Part shown: positions 45,201 to 57,682 of the stretch, in pieces | Layout: the number at the start of each line of letters is the position of its first letter | Position numbering within the stretch: position 1 is the first letter of the stretch | NCBI GenBank assembly: GCA_013265495.1 | Contig: MU058289.1 | Coordinates: 372,001 to 436,000, forward strand | Source of the DNA: Vicugna vicugna | Lineage: Eukaryota | DNA: 64,000 nucleotides | Reading direction: 5' to 3' | Program-made: the position numbers and the translations under genes | Notes under the pieces: model-generated | What the model was told of the DNA's origin: nothing | Seen by the model: the letters and a program-made list of their open reading frames with translations, nothing else | Database searches by the model: none

Positions 45201-48200
45201 GGGCTACTAAGGGGGGAAGCCAGTGACTGGGGCCAGGGTCTGACACTCAGCACCACTGTCCTTGAGACTCTGCTTGGGCCTGTTTAGCCCAGCACCTCAA
45301 ACAGCAAAGGTACTCACCAAACAAGCTCTCCCCTAGCTGCATCCAGAGCCAAGTGCACATCAAAACTATCTCAGAGCTTTTAAAACAGAGTTGCAGTAGG
45401 AATCAAAGTAACAAGAGCTAAGGCTGACCGGCGCTTACCATCTTCCTCACCTCTTCTAATGTGGAATCTGTACTATTTCATCTGATCTTCAACCTGCCCC
45501 CTGTGTAGGTAATCCCACTGTCCTACTTCCTGATGGTGAGCTAGAGGCATTCTACAGTAGCCACTCAGGTCCCACACTGGTTGAGGGGGGATTCTAACCC
45601 AGGCAACACCTCACCTCACAGGGATATAGTAAGAGCTAAATGCTATACGATATAGAAAACATCTAGCACAGATTTAATCAACAGGAGGTCATCTAACTTT
45701 TAGTCTCACAGGCTTTAGGCCCATATTATGTCCGGGGGCACAAACAGGAAAAGAATGGCTGCCACTGCAGCACTAGGATCTTGGGACAAATAAAAAGGGT
45801 ACTTGGGACCAGCAGTGAAAGGACAAGCTGTGGTAGAGAGTCTTGTGACTGTCTCCACTGGAAGAGGGGCCCCATCTAGGGCCCTGAAGGCTGCCCACCT
45901 CTCCATGCCTGTGCCCTCACCATTTGTCTTCCTCGAGCCACAGCAGCGTGTACGTTCTTGAGGGAGCCATCATTTTCTTCAAACACTTCAGCTGACCAAA
46001 TGGCACAGTTGACGTGTGTCCACTCGTTCTGCCCGATGTACAGGAGCCGCCCTGCCTCCTGGAGGCAGAGGATGAGTGACCTGAGGGGAGGCGCCACAGA
46101 CCAGACCCCACAACCTGGGGCTTCATGTAGTAGCCCTCACCTTAGAGTCTGCATCCCCATATTTGAGGCACAGTGCACACTGACGGGGGTCGTCCAGGTG
46201 TGAGAAAGCAGCTGAATCCTTGCCCTGGAAGGCTGGAAGGGGTGTGGGAAGGGAAGTCCAAGAATGAGGATGTGGGACCTGTCCACCACCGCAGGGTCTC
46301 TGGCTTCCGGCCCCCACTTCCCAATACCTGTTGAGGGGTCCCCTGGAGGCTGCCCTGATTCTGGGGTCTCTGGTTCCTGCTGCCTCCACTGAGCATAGAC
46401 ATGGTCCAGGGATGGGGGCAACACGGCATTGGGAAGGACTCCGCTGTGGACAGGCAGGGTCAGCATCTGACTTGTTTAACAGGGGTGGCTGGACTGGGGC
46501 CCACCCACAACATCAGCCAAGACATGCCATGACACCCCTGGTCCTCTCCATGTAGAATTTCTCTTAGTCTCCCAAGCAATCTAGGCCCTCTTATGCCACC
46601 TTTGGCACATGAAATATTGTTCCTCATGCATGGAATACTCTTCCTCCACACCTCAGCTTGGATATCATCTCTTCTGGGAAGCTGAGGCCCTGGGCTCCTA
46701 GGCAGGGCTCCCATAGCTCCCTGGGCTTTCCCATTACCGCCCTGACCTTCTGGGTCATCAGTGCCTGCCCAATACCCGCCAAACATGGCTTGCTCACTGC
46801 TGTCTCTAACACTGCCTAGCACAAAGTAGAAACAAAGTGAGAACTAACTACACAATCTGAGGCCTGCTCGTCTAGAAACACTGGGCATACTCATTCTGGT
46901 TCCACCACCCTCTAGACCCTAACTCTGCTCCTTGTCTATTCTCAGCCCAGCTTAACCCTGATGCCCTTGCCTTTGCCCTCACTCCCTGGTTCCCCCCCTG
47001 CTACCCAGACTTGCTCACTTGGGCAGCCGGGTACTCCGTCGCCAGTACTTGGGGTCATGGGCGTCGAACCAGCCGAACGCAGACTCTAGCAGCTGGGGAG
47101 TGGGTTAACAGGATGAGTATTGGCTTCCCCAGAAAAGCTGGTGGGGGCAGGGTCTGAAGGACCCACTCCTCCCCACTATCACTCAAGCCACCCTTCAGGC
47201 ATCCTCCAAAGAGTTCACCTTCAGTAGGAGCCCCTTTGTCTGGCCTCCAGCCCGGCGCTCCGCGGTCTCTCCCTCTTCTGAGTGCCTTATCAGGATGCCC
47301 ACCACATCCTCCATGAAGCTGTGCTGTAAGGGGGTTTATCAGGACACGAGCCCCCACCCCAGCCCCAGCCCTCTCCTCCTGGCACCCACCTGTTCCTCTC
47401 AGTGTCCCACTCACCACGGACTTGTAGTGGCCCTCCTCGAAGCGCTGGCTCACAGCATGCAGATCGCAGGGCCCAGGGTGCAGCTGCTTTCCATCCTGCC
47501 CACACTGCAAAGAGGGGAAGTCAGTAGAGCTGGTGCTGGGCTTAGCCCCACCCCGTCCTGACACCCGAGCCCCCAGACCTGGGTGCACAGCAGCAGTGGG
47601 CCTGCCACCTTGGAGCTCAGCAGGCCCTGGAGCACCTGGCGCAGGCCTCCCTGCAGGGCCCCACTCAAGGCCTCTCGCCAGCGGGGGTGTGTGGCCCCAG
47701 CACATGGTCCACAGGTGTACAGCACCGAGTCTGGCAGCCCAGAAAGGATCTCATAGTCTTCATCTAGAACAGCCAGAGTGGGAAAGGAAAAGCCGTTTAA
47801 GAGGATGTGAGAGCTCTCAGCAGTCCCCAGATCACCAAGAATATTTAGCCCTGTCCTCTGAGGGCCTATGGTGGAGGGTAGGCAGGGATCCCCACAGGGT
47901 TGAGGCTACAGCCCATGTACTCTGCCCACTTACCTGACAGCCCCTCGCACTTGGCGTGCACCCAGTGGTCACACTGTGCACACTGCATCATTTTGCTCTC
48001 ATAGTCATTGTCTTCATAGCAGCGTGTGCAGATTGGGCAGTAGTTTCCTGGAGCAAGAGCAAAGATGAGGCAAGTCAGAGGGGCTGGGGCCACTACTGTC
48101 CCTCAGAGTCCCTGTCCAGAGGCCAGCCATTCCTTGACTGCTGCATGGGCTGCCTCTGTCATGTCCCATCTTGGGTCCCTACCATTCCCAAAAAGCTGGC

Positions 48201-51200
48201 TGAGAATAAGGCTTCTTTTTCTAACTCTGTAGCCCCAACACCCCACAAAGAAAAGTTCTGATAAGCATGCTGCCTGAGTAAATGAGGAAGCCCAGGTTTT
48301 CAAAGAGCTCAGTGGAGACGTGAGGTTCCAGGAGATACCTCAGGGGCCCCCAAAAGGGTGGGGTCCAGGCCCTCCACTCCCACTGCCCTGAGAAGGGCTG
48401 TGTCCCTCCTTTGTGTACTAGATGGGCTTCTGTGAAACAGTACTCTGAGTGAAAAGATAGTCCCATAGCTAGAAGAGGGTATAAAGCCACTAGAAAAGAG
48501 TATCTGTTCTAACTGCCTCTCTAGGAACCTGGCCCACTCCCCAGGTGGCCCCCAGGGCTCCAGTCCCCTGCCAGGTCCCCACCTTTCTCATAGAGCTGGG
48601 TGCACCTGGGGCAGAGGCTGTAATCTCCCGACCACTCGACATCCCAGTTCTTGCCTGGAGTTGCTCCACAGCTCTTACAGCGCACGCAGGCTGAGCAGAT
48701 CTGGGGGGTCAGGGTGATGTTAGGGGGAGAGCCAAACACCAGGCTGAAGCAGTGGGAAAGGGGGATGGGCAAAGAAGAGTGGACAGTGGGCAGGAGACAG
48801 GTGAGGAAGGATGGGTAAGAGGATAAAAGGTGTGCAGCAGAGGTGAAGAGGAGGAAGAGAGAGAAAAAGCAGCAGGGCAGGAGAGAAATGAAGTGGGGAG
48901 ACTGGCAGAGGGAGATGGGAAGGACTTTAGGCTACAGCAGAGGGTTCTCAGCCCAGGGGAATCCACGAGCCCCCAAAACCATCATATACAAATTCTGCAC
49001 ATAAACCTCATTTAGGTGAAATTCTTGAAGAGAATATGTGATGATTATCAAACTCTCCAAAGGACCTCTAACCTTTCCCTCCTCCTGAGAACCCTGGCCC
49101 AGAGCAAGTCTAGTGGTGGTGGCGGCATTAATTAGAACTCCAAAGCAAGGGGTGTGGGCTTCATCTCTCACCCAGTGGCGCCGTTTGCGTGTGGCCCGGG
49201 TTGGGTAGCTGGGCCCCAGGCAGGCTGGATGGTAAGCGTGGCGGCAGCGCTCACACTCCAGGAGGTGCTGTTGGATGTTTGAGAAGGACAGCAATGGCAG
49301 AACCTACCGGCGTAGGGATACCACTTCTCCTCCATGCCTCCACCCACATCCATTGCCCTTGGGCCCAAACCTTGGATCCCCGGCCTTTGCGCCCACAAAC
49401 ATGGCAGAACTTGCAGCGGCGACAGCACCAGGTGTCATGATGTTGGGGCAGGGGCCGCTCGGCCTCCTCCAGGCAGAATGGGTGGAAAGGGTCACAGCAG
49501 ACTTGGCAGAACACCAGCTGAGGGTGGGGAGAGTGAACGATGGGCACGGCGTGAGGCCAGGAAGCCGAGGAATGAGACCCTGTTGAGAGGGCCCAAGAAA
49601 TCAGGCAGTAAGGGCCCACGAAGACATGGGGGCTGTGAAGAAAGGCAGGGATCCAACCTCATGTAGGCCTTTGCTGGCACACAGCAAGCACACCATCGGT
49701 GGCCCCCCTGGCACGGAGGTGAGTACACTCAGGCCACCCATCAGCCACACGTTCTCCAGGTCACAATCCTCCTGAGGTAAGAGAGGACATGGAATCAGAG
49801 AGCAGCCAGGAACACATGCCAGATGCAACTTTAAAGCTCTGGCTTCTCAGACATAATCAACATAGCCACAGTCCCTGCCACCCGCCCCTTCAACGCCATA
49901 CCTTAAAATCCACACGAACCCGGTGCACGCCATCAGGGGACTTTTGTTTTCCAGTCCAGCCATTGGGAAAAGAAGCAAAGGGACCAGGGGCCAAAGCATC
50001 CTAGGGAGGGACAGTCATGCTCAGAGGGCTGCCAGCCCAACCCTACACCAATTTCTCTCCTTATTGCCCTCTTCTTGAGTCTAACTGACCCCACCTTTTG
50101 CCCAGATCCTACTTTGCTTTCCAGAAAGACAGGCCTGGCTTCACCCCACAGGGCCTGTCCTCTGGCGTGGACACACCATGGCACTCAGGTGAGCCTGTCA
50201 CTCTGACTTGCCAGGAAGCTCCTCGGGGCAAGAGCCATGCCTTCCACAAGGGCTATGCTGACCTTGTCCAGGCGCCTCCGAGCCTTGAGCTGCAACACAG
50301 GCTGCAAGGTAGGTTTGCGGGGCCGGCTCTGCTCCTCAGGTTCCAGCACTGGCAGCTCTAGGAAGGACATGTGGGCGGTGAGGTTCCTGCTCTTCTCTGC
50401 CCCATTCCCTCTCCCTTACAACCCTCAAATGTAACCTGGATGCCCAGGGTTTTCTTTAATTAGCCAAGGCCCACTAGGATGATCTAGGCCCTATTCAATA
50501 AGCTCCTGAAAACCTCTGCACCTGTTCTCCCTGTCCACTAAGACCACCCCCTTTTCTGTACTCAGCTAATTTCTGAGACTGACAGAACCCTGATCCTACC
50601 ACAAAAAAGACACAGAATTAATGACAGAGGAAGCAATAAGCAATTCGCACCATTCTCTCGCGGGGTCCGACGCCGAGGAGCAGGAGGACCCCCGGGCTCT
50701 GAGTCATCCGAGTCCTCGAAGATATCATAGGAGGGTCGCTGTTTGACGCAGCGCCGGGCTGACTTGCGCTGCAGTAGGAGGGAGTCCTGCTCCTCGGGCC
50801 CTTGGGGGGCCACCACCTCCTCCCGGGGCCCCCCAGCTCCCGCCCCCCGGCGTGGGCCTGGAGGACCAGGGGAGGCCTCAGGAGATTCATCGGAATCCCA
50901 GGGCAACAGCGTCTTCACTATCGTCCGGCCTGTGGGAACAGGGGACTTAGTAGGATCTGAGCTCAGCCAGGGACATGGGACACTTGGATGGAGGAAAGCC
51001 AGAAAAAAGTGGGGCAGAAGAGAACAAGTACAGGAAAGATACAAAAAGCACACGATGGAAAAGAAAACAAAGATGGTGGGCTGCAAACATAAGGGGAGGA
51101 AAGCAAAGAAAACATGGTTTCCTCCATACCATGAATCTCAGTTAAGACCATGTAAGAAACACTCCTCAAACCTCGTTACCTTTTTTGGCCAGCCGTTCCA

Positions 51201-54200
51201 TCTTCCGAGCCTCTATCTTGTCGCACTTCCGGTATCTGGGGAGGGGAGCAGCACGTCACCAGGGTAGGGGACTGGTGGTCTGAGGGAAGAGAGGAAGCTC
51301 TCCACAAGGATGCCAATCCCACTGCTCTGGTGGGGCAGGAGGCCTGGGTGACTGACAACCACGGGTGGGAATGGAGGCTGCACCCCAGCTACTCACACAC
51401 AGCACTGCTTCTTGGTGTTGGGACCCCCAAACTTGGGCTTGTCCAGGCAGTTGACACAGGACCCACAGTCCTGCACACGCAGGCAGCCCCGACAGTGTCC
51501 ACACCGTGCCATCCGCATCTTCTTGCCATGATGGGAGGGCAGTGAGCGCCGGGGTGCATGGGCCAGGGTCCCTCCAGACCCTGCAGGCTCTGAGTCTCCC
51601 CCAGGCCCTGCCGACTCCACCTTTCCCCGCCGGGACCGAGATGGGACACTCTCAGTCTCAGATGCTGATGACGTATCTAGTGCAGCGGAGAGGTGGGGAT
51701 GGAGCCACAAAGCCATCAGGTGTTCCATATCATTTCCCTGACCTCCCCTAGATCCCATTAAACTGGCCCTCTGGCCCCCATTTTTCCACAGTGCTCAGGT
51801 TCCAAGTGCTCCCAAGTCCACTCTGAGACCTAGCACTCCAACCCAGTTGCCACCTAGCCCCAACACCCAACTCAGTTCTCCGAGGATCTTGGTGCCTTCA
51901 CTCGTCCCCAAACTTGACGCAGCTGTCAAATCTCCCCACAATACATCCGCCCCTACCCTCCGTGGCGAGGTCCTGCCGATCTCGGAGAGGGAGAGCACTG
52001 AGGCGGGGGACGTCTTCAGGCACCATGGCCCGGGCCTGACCCAGGGCCACAGCAGCATGACGGCAGACATGTTTGATGCGGGGGCCTTGCACAGGGGACT
52101 CAGGGCCCTGGGGGAGAAGAAACCAGGAATACATGTGGAGAGCTGTCCCTAGTGCTCCTATAACCAGCCTTCTTCAGAGGGGGCTTCCTCCCTCTTCATA
52201 CCGATGGCCTCTCTCTCTTAGTTTCCATCGATTCATCTTCAGACTTGACAGAACCTCTATCTGGGATCTGCTTGACAGTCCCCACAGCCTCCTCCATCTG
52301 CCCCCCAGGGCTCGGCTGGAGGGGGAATAAACAACGTCAGAGGCTAAAAAGTGAGGAAAAATGGGGCTAAGGGACTAGCGCTGGGAATGGATGGGTCCAG
52401 GAAAGAAACACAGGCAGCCAGGGGACAGGGGAAGGACTGGTTCTGGGGGGGTCCCTGCAGTGCTGGAGGGTGTCTAGGAAAGGTTAAGGGGCTGCAGAGA
52501 ATCGAGACTGGCTGACTGGGTGTAGGGGTCTGGACAAAGCACCATGCTCACCGGCATCAGAGACGCCACCTTTTGCTGCTGCTGCTGCTGGTCAATCTTG
52601 ATTAGCTGCACTTTGGCTCTCTTGAGGAGGCTGAACATCTTCTCCTCCACACCAGACAGTGGTAAGGAACCAAGGCCTGGGATCCGGGCCTTTTCTGGTG
52701 GCGGAGGCTGCTGTGGTGGCGGCGGCTGCAGCTGTAACTGTGGTTGCAGCTGTGGCTGCTGTGGTGGCTGTGCCTGGGGCAGCAGTGGAGTTGGCAAGGC
52801 CTGCAGGGGTTGCTGCAGCTGAGCCTGAGGCTGCTGCCCACTGCTTGGAGCTGGAGGCCCAGGAGGGGGCACCTCGGCCTTAACAGGAGTGGCGACCACA
52901 GGGACAAATCGAGGCAAGCTGAGGTGGTTCGTGCGGCCCACTGCCCGTGGCTCAGGTTCAGCTGGAGAGTCATCGGCAGGAGGAGGCTCTGGCTCAGGGG
53001 CTTCAGGGGCCCCAAGAGGAGGAGTAGTAAGCACCGATTCGTAGATCTTCAGGTGGGCTTCACTTGGGGTAAATTGAGGGGCTCGAAGGAGCAGGGGCCT
53101 CCGGGACGGAGTGACAGGGGTAGGAAGTGGGGGTGGGGCTGGTGGAGGGGCAGGAGGAGGAGGGGGCAGTTCCCGGGTCAGGGAGGTCCAGCGAAATGTA
53201 GGTTCCCTTAGGATGGACCGTCTCTTCTCAGGGAGTGGGAGTGGGACTGGGGTAGGTGGAGGAGTTGGGGCACGCGGCGGAGAGGGGGCTGGTGCTGGTT
53301 CCTGGGGGGTGAGTGGGGAGGTGGCAACGGGAGGCCGTAGAGTGGGTGAGACCTCTACCTTTGGGGGTTTGGGTGGGTCTTCATCCATAAATCGCCGGGG
53401 TGTCTTGATGACACGGGAAGAGCGGGCACTCACCACAGGCATAATAAACTGCCGGATGTTCTTCAGAAAGGTGGTACTTTTGGGGGCCACAGTGGGGCTG
53501 TCTTCCAGAGGGCCTCCTGTGGTGGTGCTGGGGACTGGAGTGGGAGGAGAGGTGCCCTCTGGCCCTGCCCGAGCAGCTTCCCGCTCTGCTCGCTGGCTGG
53601 GAGTCAGGGGAGGCCGGCCCCTCTTCCTGGAGCATGTAGCTGGGGCAACAGGAGGAGGGGATTCTTCCTGCTCCTCTGGGGCAGGAGGCAGTGGAGGGGA
53701 TGGTGGGGGTGGAGGAGACACTGGGGGTGGTGGAGGGCAAAGCGGGGCTGGGGGAGATGTTGAGGGAGGTGGGAGGGATGGAGGAGGTGGAGGGGCTGGA
53801 GGGGTCAGGGGTGGTGATGGCAGCTTTGCCTCTTCCTTTTCCTCAGCTAGCACCATCTCTTCCTTGGCTACAGTGCTCTCTTCCTTCTCTTCCTCCTCTT
53901 CCTTGTCTTTCTCTTCTTTCTCCTCCTCTCCCTCATCCTCCAGCTTCTGTTCCTTCTTCCAGCAGGGGTCCTCTCCCTGTCCAGATCCAACCTTTCCTTG
54001 GGGGGCATCCTGCCAGCTTTCCTCATGTTGATCTTGACCCTGACCTGATTCAAGTCCCAAGGACAATTGTCCCATCTTCATTTTTTTGGCCTTTGAAACA
54101 AACTTGATCACGAGGGGGAGCCCACCTCGGCCTCGGCCCCTGCCTCCACGGCCTCCTCGCCCAGACTGTCCTCCACGCTTGAAGGTCCCAGGTCCTGGGC

Positions 54201-56378
54201 CGGGCCCCTCCTTGCACTTCCAGCTGCCAGTTTGGTGTTTTACTGGAACAACAGGAGGTGGGGGCTCAGGTTTGGGGATTGTCACAGCTGCTTCTGCCAC
54301 CACTATGGCTTGTTGCTTCTTCCTGCAAGGGCCTGCTGGCCGTCCTGGGGGCCGTCCCCGACACCGACGGGGGGTGGAGGACTCACATGCCCGGCTCCGG
54401 GGGGCTGGGGGTGCCTGGGCCCGCCGGAGAAGTTCAGTCAGTGCCTGCACCATCCGTTCTGTGCCCTCCTCACCCCGTTTCCGGGCAGGAGTCTTTGGGG
54501 GGGTAGGAGCCACATCTGCTAGGCGAGGAGGTGGAAGGGGGGTCGTCTTATGCTTGCGGCCCCGACCTCGGGGGGCTCGACCTAAAAGGAGAATAGGTGT
54601 GGGGAGATGGGTCAAGCTAGCCCTGCAGACTGAGGAAGACTCGAGGAGGGCAGGGACTAAGGCTTACTTGTCTGTTTCACCCACAGCCCAGCCTAACTTG
54701 GGTTTTGAACACAGAACACACTTGATAACTGATGCAGACTCGAGTTGAGCAGGGAAGAGCTGACATGAAGAACAAGAATAACATTCCTGTAAAGCTATAG
54801 AGGTAGAGTTTCCCCATCACTCACCTCGCTGGGATCGGAGCGCAGAGCGCAGGGAACTGGGGGCCACATCTTCATCTGAATGAAAACCCTGAAACTCCTG
54901 ATTTAGGGGACCAGGGGTGGAGGGGAGAAACAGCAGTCAGTGCCAAAGCCCTAGTTTCACCTGAGACTCAGGTACTGAGGAATATCCCCAGCTTCCCCCT
55001 TAACATATCCCTATTTTAAAAGACTGGATGGTGAGGGGAACAGAAAACATGGTCTCTTCCTGGGGATGGAGGCAGAGACTATTTTGAACCTCCATCCCCA
55101 GTTCCAGACCACACCAGCACAGTCATAAGTGGTTCACTGGCCCAAAGGGAACAAAACAGGGTCTTCTCAGACCAGGCAGTAGGCACTACCCTCAGATTTC
55201 CTCATACACCAACTCAGAAAAAAAGTGGGACCTCCATGTACATCCTCTCAGGCTGTAGTTTCTTTCTGAAAGAAGGTGGGAACTGGGGCACCCAAATGGG
55301 GTATCTGTGTATATATCAAATGATTTATCATATTATGATCTACCCTGAGCCTTCAGGTGGCTACAAACTGTCCTAAGTAATTCAACCCACACTTTCCTGC
55401 CTCTTCAGAAAAGCTGGTGCAGATAAATCCTGAATTGAACTCAGACCTGCTAGAGTACCCAGACAGCCTTCACTCCATTTCTCTTCAACCTGTGCCCCCA
55501 AGAGGAAGCCCTCCATCATTCTATCATCTCTCCACTTTGAGTCAGAGAAGGAATTGGGGCACTGGCGAAACCAGGGATGTGTTGCGGAGGTTATGAGGCC
55601 AAGTGGGGCAGCCTACAGGTAAGAGCCCAGAGAGCCCTAAGCTGGGTCCACTAAAGCCAGGCTGCTGCTGTCAACAACCCTTGGTTGGGCATGCGGTCCC
55701 CACAGCCTCCTCACCCAAACCTCTCCTCCACTAGCTTTGCCAGCCACCAAGGATGAACCCAGGACACTTCAGCAGGACCTGCCTCGGGCCCAAGTGCCCA
55801 GCTGCAGCCCGGGCTTCTCTATCCACTTTTCAGAGGCCCCTTCCACCGACAGCTCCGTGCAACCTAACTCCTCCCATGTCTATTTCCAGAGGCCTTTCCC
55901 TCCTCAGGGGCCCTGAGGACCCGCTTCCCCACACCACCCCTCAGGGCCACCCAGACCCCTGGAAGCCCCCGGCCTCCGCCCCGCCCGGCGCTGGGGACGC
56001 CTCCGACTGCCTCACCTCATCGTCGGACTCCCCGTCACTGCTCTCTTCCTCCAGCAGGCAGCCCCGGCTCAGGCCCCAGCCACGGCCGCGGCCGCGGCCC
56101 CGGCCCCGCTGAAGACGCGGGCCAGCCCACAGGCGGCGGAGCCGGCGCAGGCCCCGGCGGAGCCCCAGCAAACGGAGCAGGGCCGTGTCCTCCCCGGGCT
56201 CGGCTCCACCCGGCCCCGCCGCGCCGCCGCCGCGCCGCAAAGCTACCCGCACTCTCTCGGCCCCGCTGCCCCGTCCGCCGCGGCCCCCGCCCCCGCCGGA
56301 GCCCCGCGGCCGGCCCGGGAAGCGGCCCCGCGCGGAGCCAGGCCCGGGGCAACTGCCGCCGCCCGCCGCCGCCGCCAT
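36228..56378 (-). CDS. KMT2B: Histone H3K4 methyltransferase KMT2B (MLL2/WBP7/TRX2), 37 exons, 2720 aa
   Basis: Exons 56016-56378, 54825-54897, 52552-54581, 52202-52315, 51957-52107, 51397-51676, 51180-51235, 50651-50929, 50263-50357, 49902-50000, 49658-49771, 49371-49517, 49172-49267, 48583-48700, 47934-48047, 47579-47763, 47415-47504, 47219-47323, 47019-47092, 46328-46443, 46141-46232, 45921-46058, 45029-45187, 44668-44788, 44512-44590, 44250-44410, 42918-43145, 41527-42823, 41350-41439, 41163-41272, 37897-38034, 37740-37814, 37458-37635, 37048-37155, 36842-36925, 36594-36723, 36228-36503 (8163 nt, all phases consistent). Menin motif RFPGRP, AT-hooks, CXXC (KFGG), PHD fingers, FYRN, Taspase1 site QLD/GVDD (42288-42308), FYRC, Win motif ARAE, SET ([16 protein letters not shown]), post-SET. 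Confidence 0.99.
39725..40374 (-). mobile_element. Internally deleted Tigger1-like DNA transposon in KMT2B intron 30
   Basis: Degenerate terminal inverted repeats GAGGCATAACTC ... GAGTTATGTCCG flanked by TA dinucleotides (39723-39724, 40375-40376); internal text resembles both Tigger1 ends as I recall them. Confidence 0.8.
39903..40084 (+). mobile_element. Short L1 3'-end fragment nested in the Tigger element
   Basis: L1 3' UTR with AATAAA and A-tail; approximate TSD AAAAACAACATACATA (39887-39902) / AAAACCAACATATATA (40085-40100). Confidence 0.8.
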
Positions 56379-57350
56379 CTTGGCACCGTGAGAGGGGCCG
56401 GGGAGGCGGGGGGAGGGGCGGCCCGTGCGCAGGGCAGGGGGGAGGGGAGCAGAGGAGGGGCGGGGCGGCTGCAGCTCACGACAACAAGCAGCGCCGCAAT
56501 GGGGTCGGCGGGAGCCGAGGGCTGGGTCGGCCACGCGCGGGGCACCACGGGAGTGGGAGTCCGAGGCCGGCCGGCCGGCCGTCACCCTGAGACCGCACCT
56601 GAAGAGCACAGACCCCGCGTCGCGGGAGGAGAGGGTGAGGCGCAAGGGCCTTCGGGGAATGTAGTCCGAGTGCTTCGCTCCTTCCGCTGGGAGCTAGGGC
56701 CGCGAGAGCTGGGACTATGGAGTCCTGACCAGACCCAGAAAGCCATCTCTCGGGCCGCCGGGAAGTGTAGTTCTCGCCCCAGACTCCTCCCATTGCTCTT
56801 GTCGAGGCCCGCGGCCCGCATGAACTACCACTACCAGAGTGCAGTGGGCTTCGGGCCCTGGGGACCCCCAGAGACACTGGGAAATGAAGTTCGCAACTGC
56901 AGGAGGCGTGTGCTGGGGAAGGGGTGGCGGCAAAGGGCTAGTCTCAGATCGGGGCTCGACCCGACAGGCGTTCCGTACAGCGTGGAGGGAAGGTGCCAGA
57001 GAGGCCGCGCGCGGGCCTTTCGACCCTTGTGCTCAAGGAGAGGCGGCGGGTGGCCGAAAGTAGGGCGGAGCAAGCATTCCTCTCGAGCCCCAGGACGGGG
57101 GTCCAGACTCCGACTCCGCGTTCCGTTGCTTGCTGTGGAAGGGACGAGTAACTTGGGTTCTGACAGCTTACCCCTACAGGACTTGCTGCTACGTCGGCCT
57201 AGACGCCAAGCCCTCGCGGCCCGCTGCCTCCGGGGGAGGACAGGGAGCTCTGGGAGATGGACAAGGTGGCCGCCGCGCTGAACAGCGGACCCACTGCCAC
57301 CAGGGGCCGCTACAGGACTAGGGTCAAGGCTGCCCCACGCGCGCAGACCA
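55950..57350 (-). promoter_or_regulatory. KMT2B CpG-island promoter with clustered ZNF143-type motifs
   Basis: Very CpG-rich; ACTACA..TCCC-like motifs at 56654-56667, 56709-56725, 56759-56773, 56822-56843, 56877-56892; AAGATGGCGGC (YY1-like) overlapping the start codon. Confidence 0.85.
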
Positions 57351-57682
57351 AAGTCTGGACTCAGAATTCTGATCCTGAGAGGAGGGCACAGAAAACTCTT
57401 TATTTTGGTGATGAAACTGCCAGGCCCCGCACAGTTAGCCTTCACTCGTGCAAACTTCACTGCCCTAACCCCACACGGACTCGTTGGTCCAGGCTTCTGC
57501 GGCCTGCGGTTATCTAGGAGAGGACTCTAGGCGACCTTCTTGGCGGCACTTCTTGGAGCTGAGTTTGCTAGGCTGCTGGAGCCGCAGTGCGGGGGTCAGA
57601 ACCCGCGGTGTGGGCCCGCTGGCCCGTCGTTCATTCTTTAACTGGGCCCTTGGCTGAAGCCAAAGAAGCTGCTGACACCCTA

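Noticed and set aside
56379..56645. 89-codon in-frame extension upstream of the KMT2B ATG
   Set aside because: TTG start that probably lies upstream of the TSS; the canonical AAG-ATG-G is in strong context; openness is explained by extreme GC content.
56388..57460. Overlapping 200-300 aa ORFs in the KMT2B promoter island
   Set aside because: Arg/Gly/Pro-rich CpG-island artefacts with no splice or domain support.
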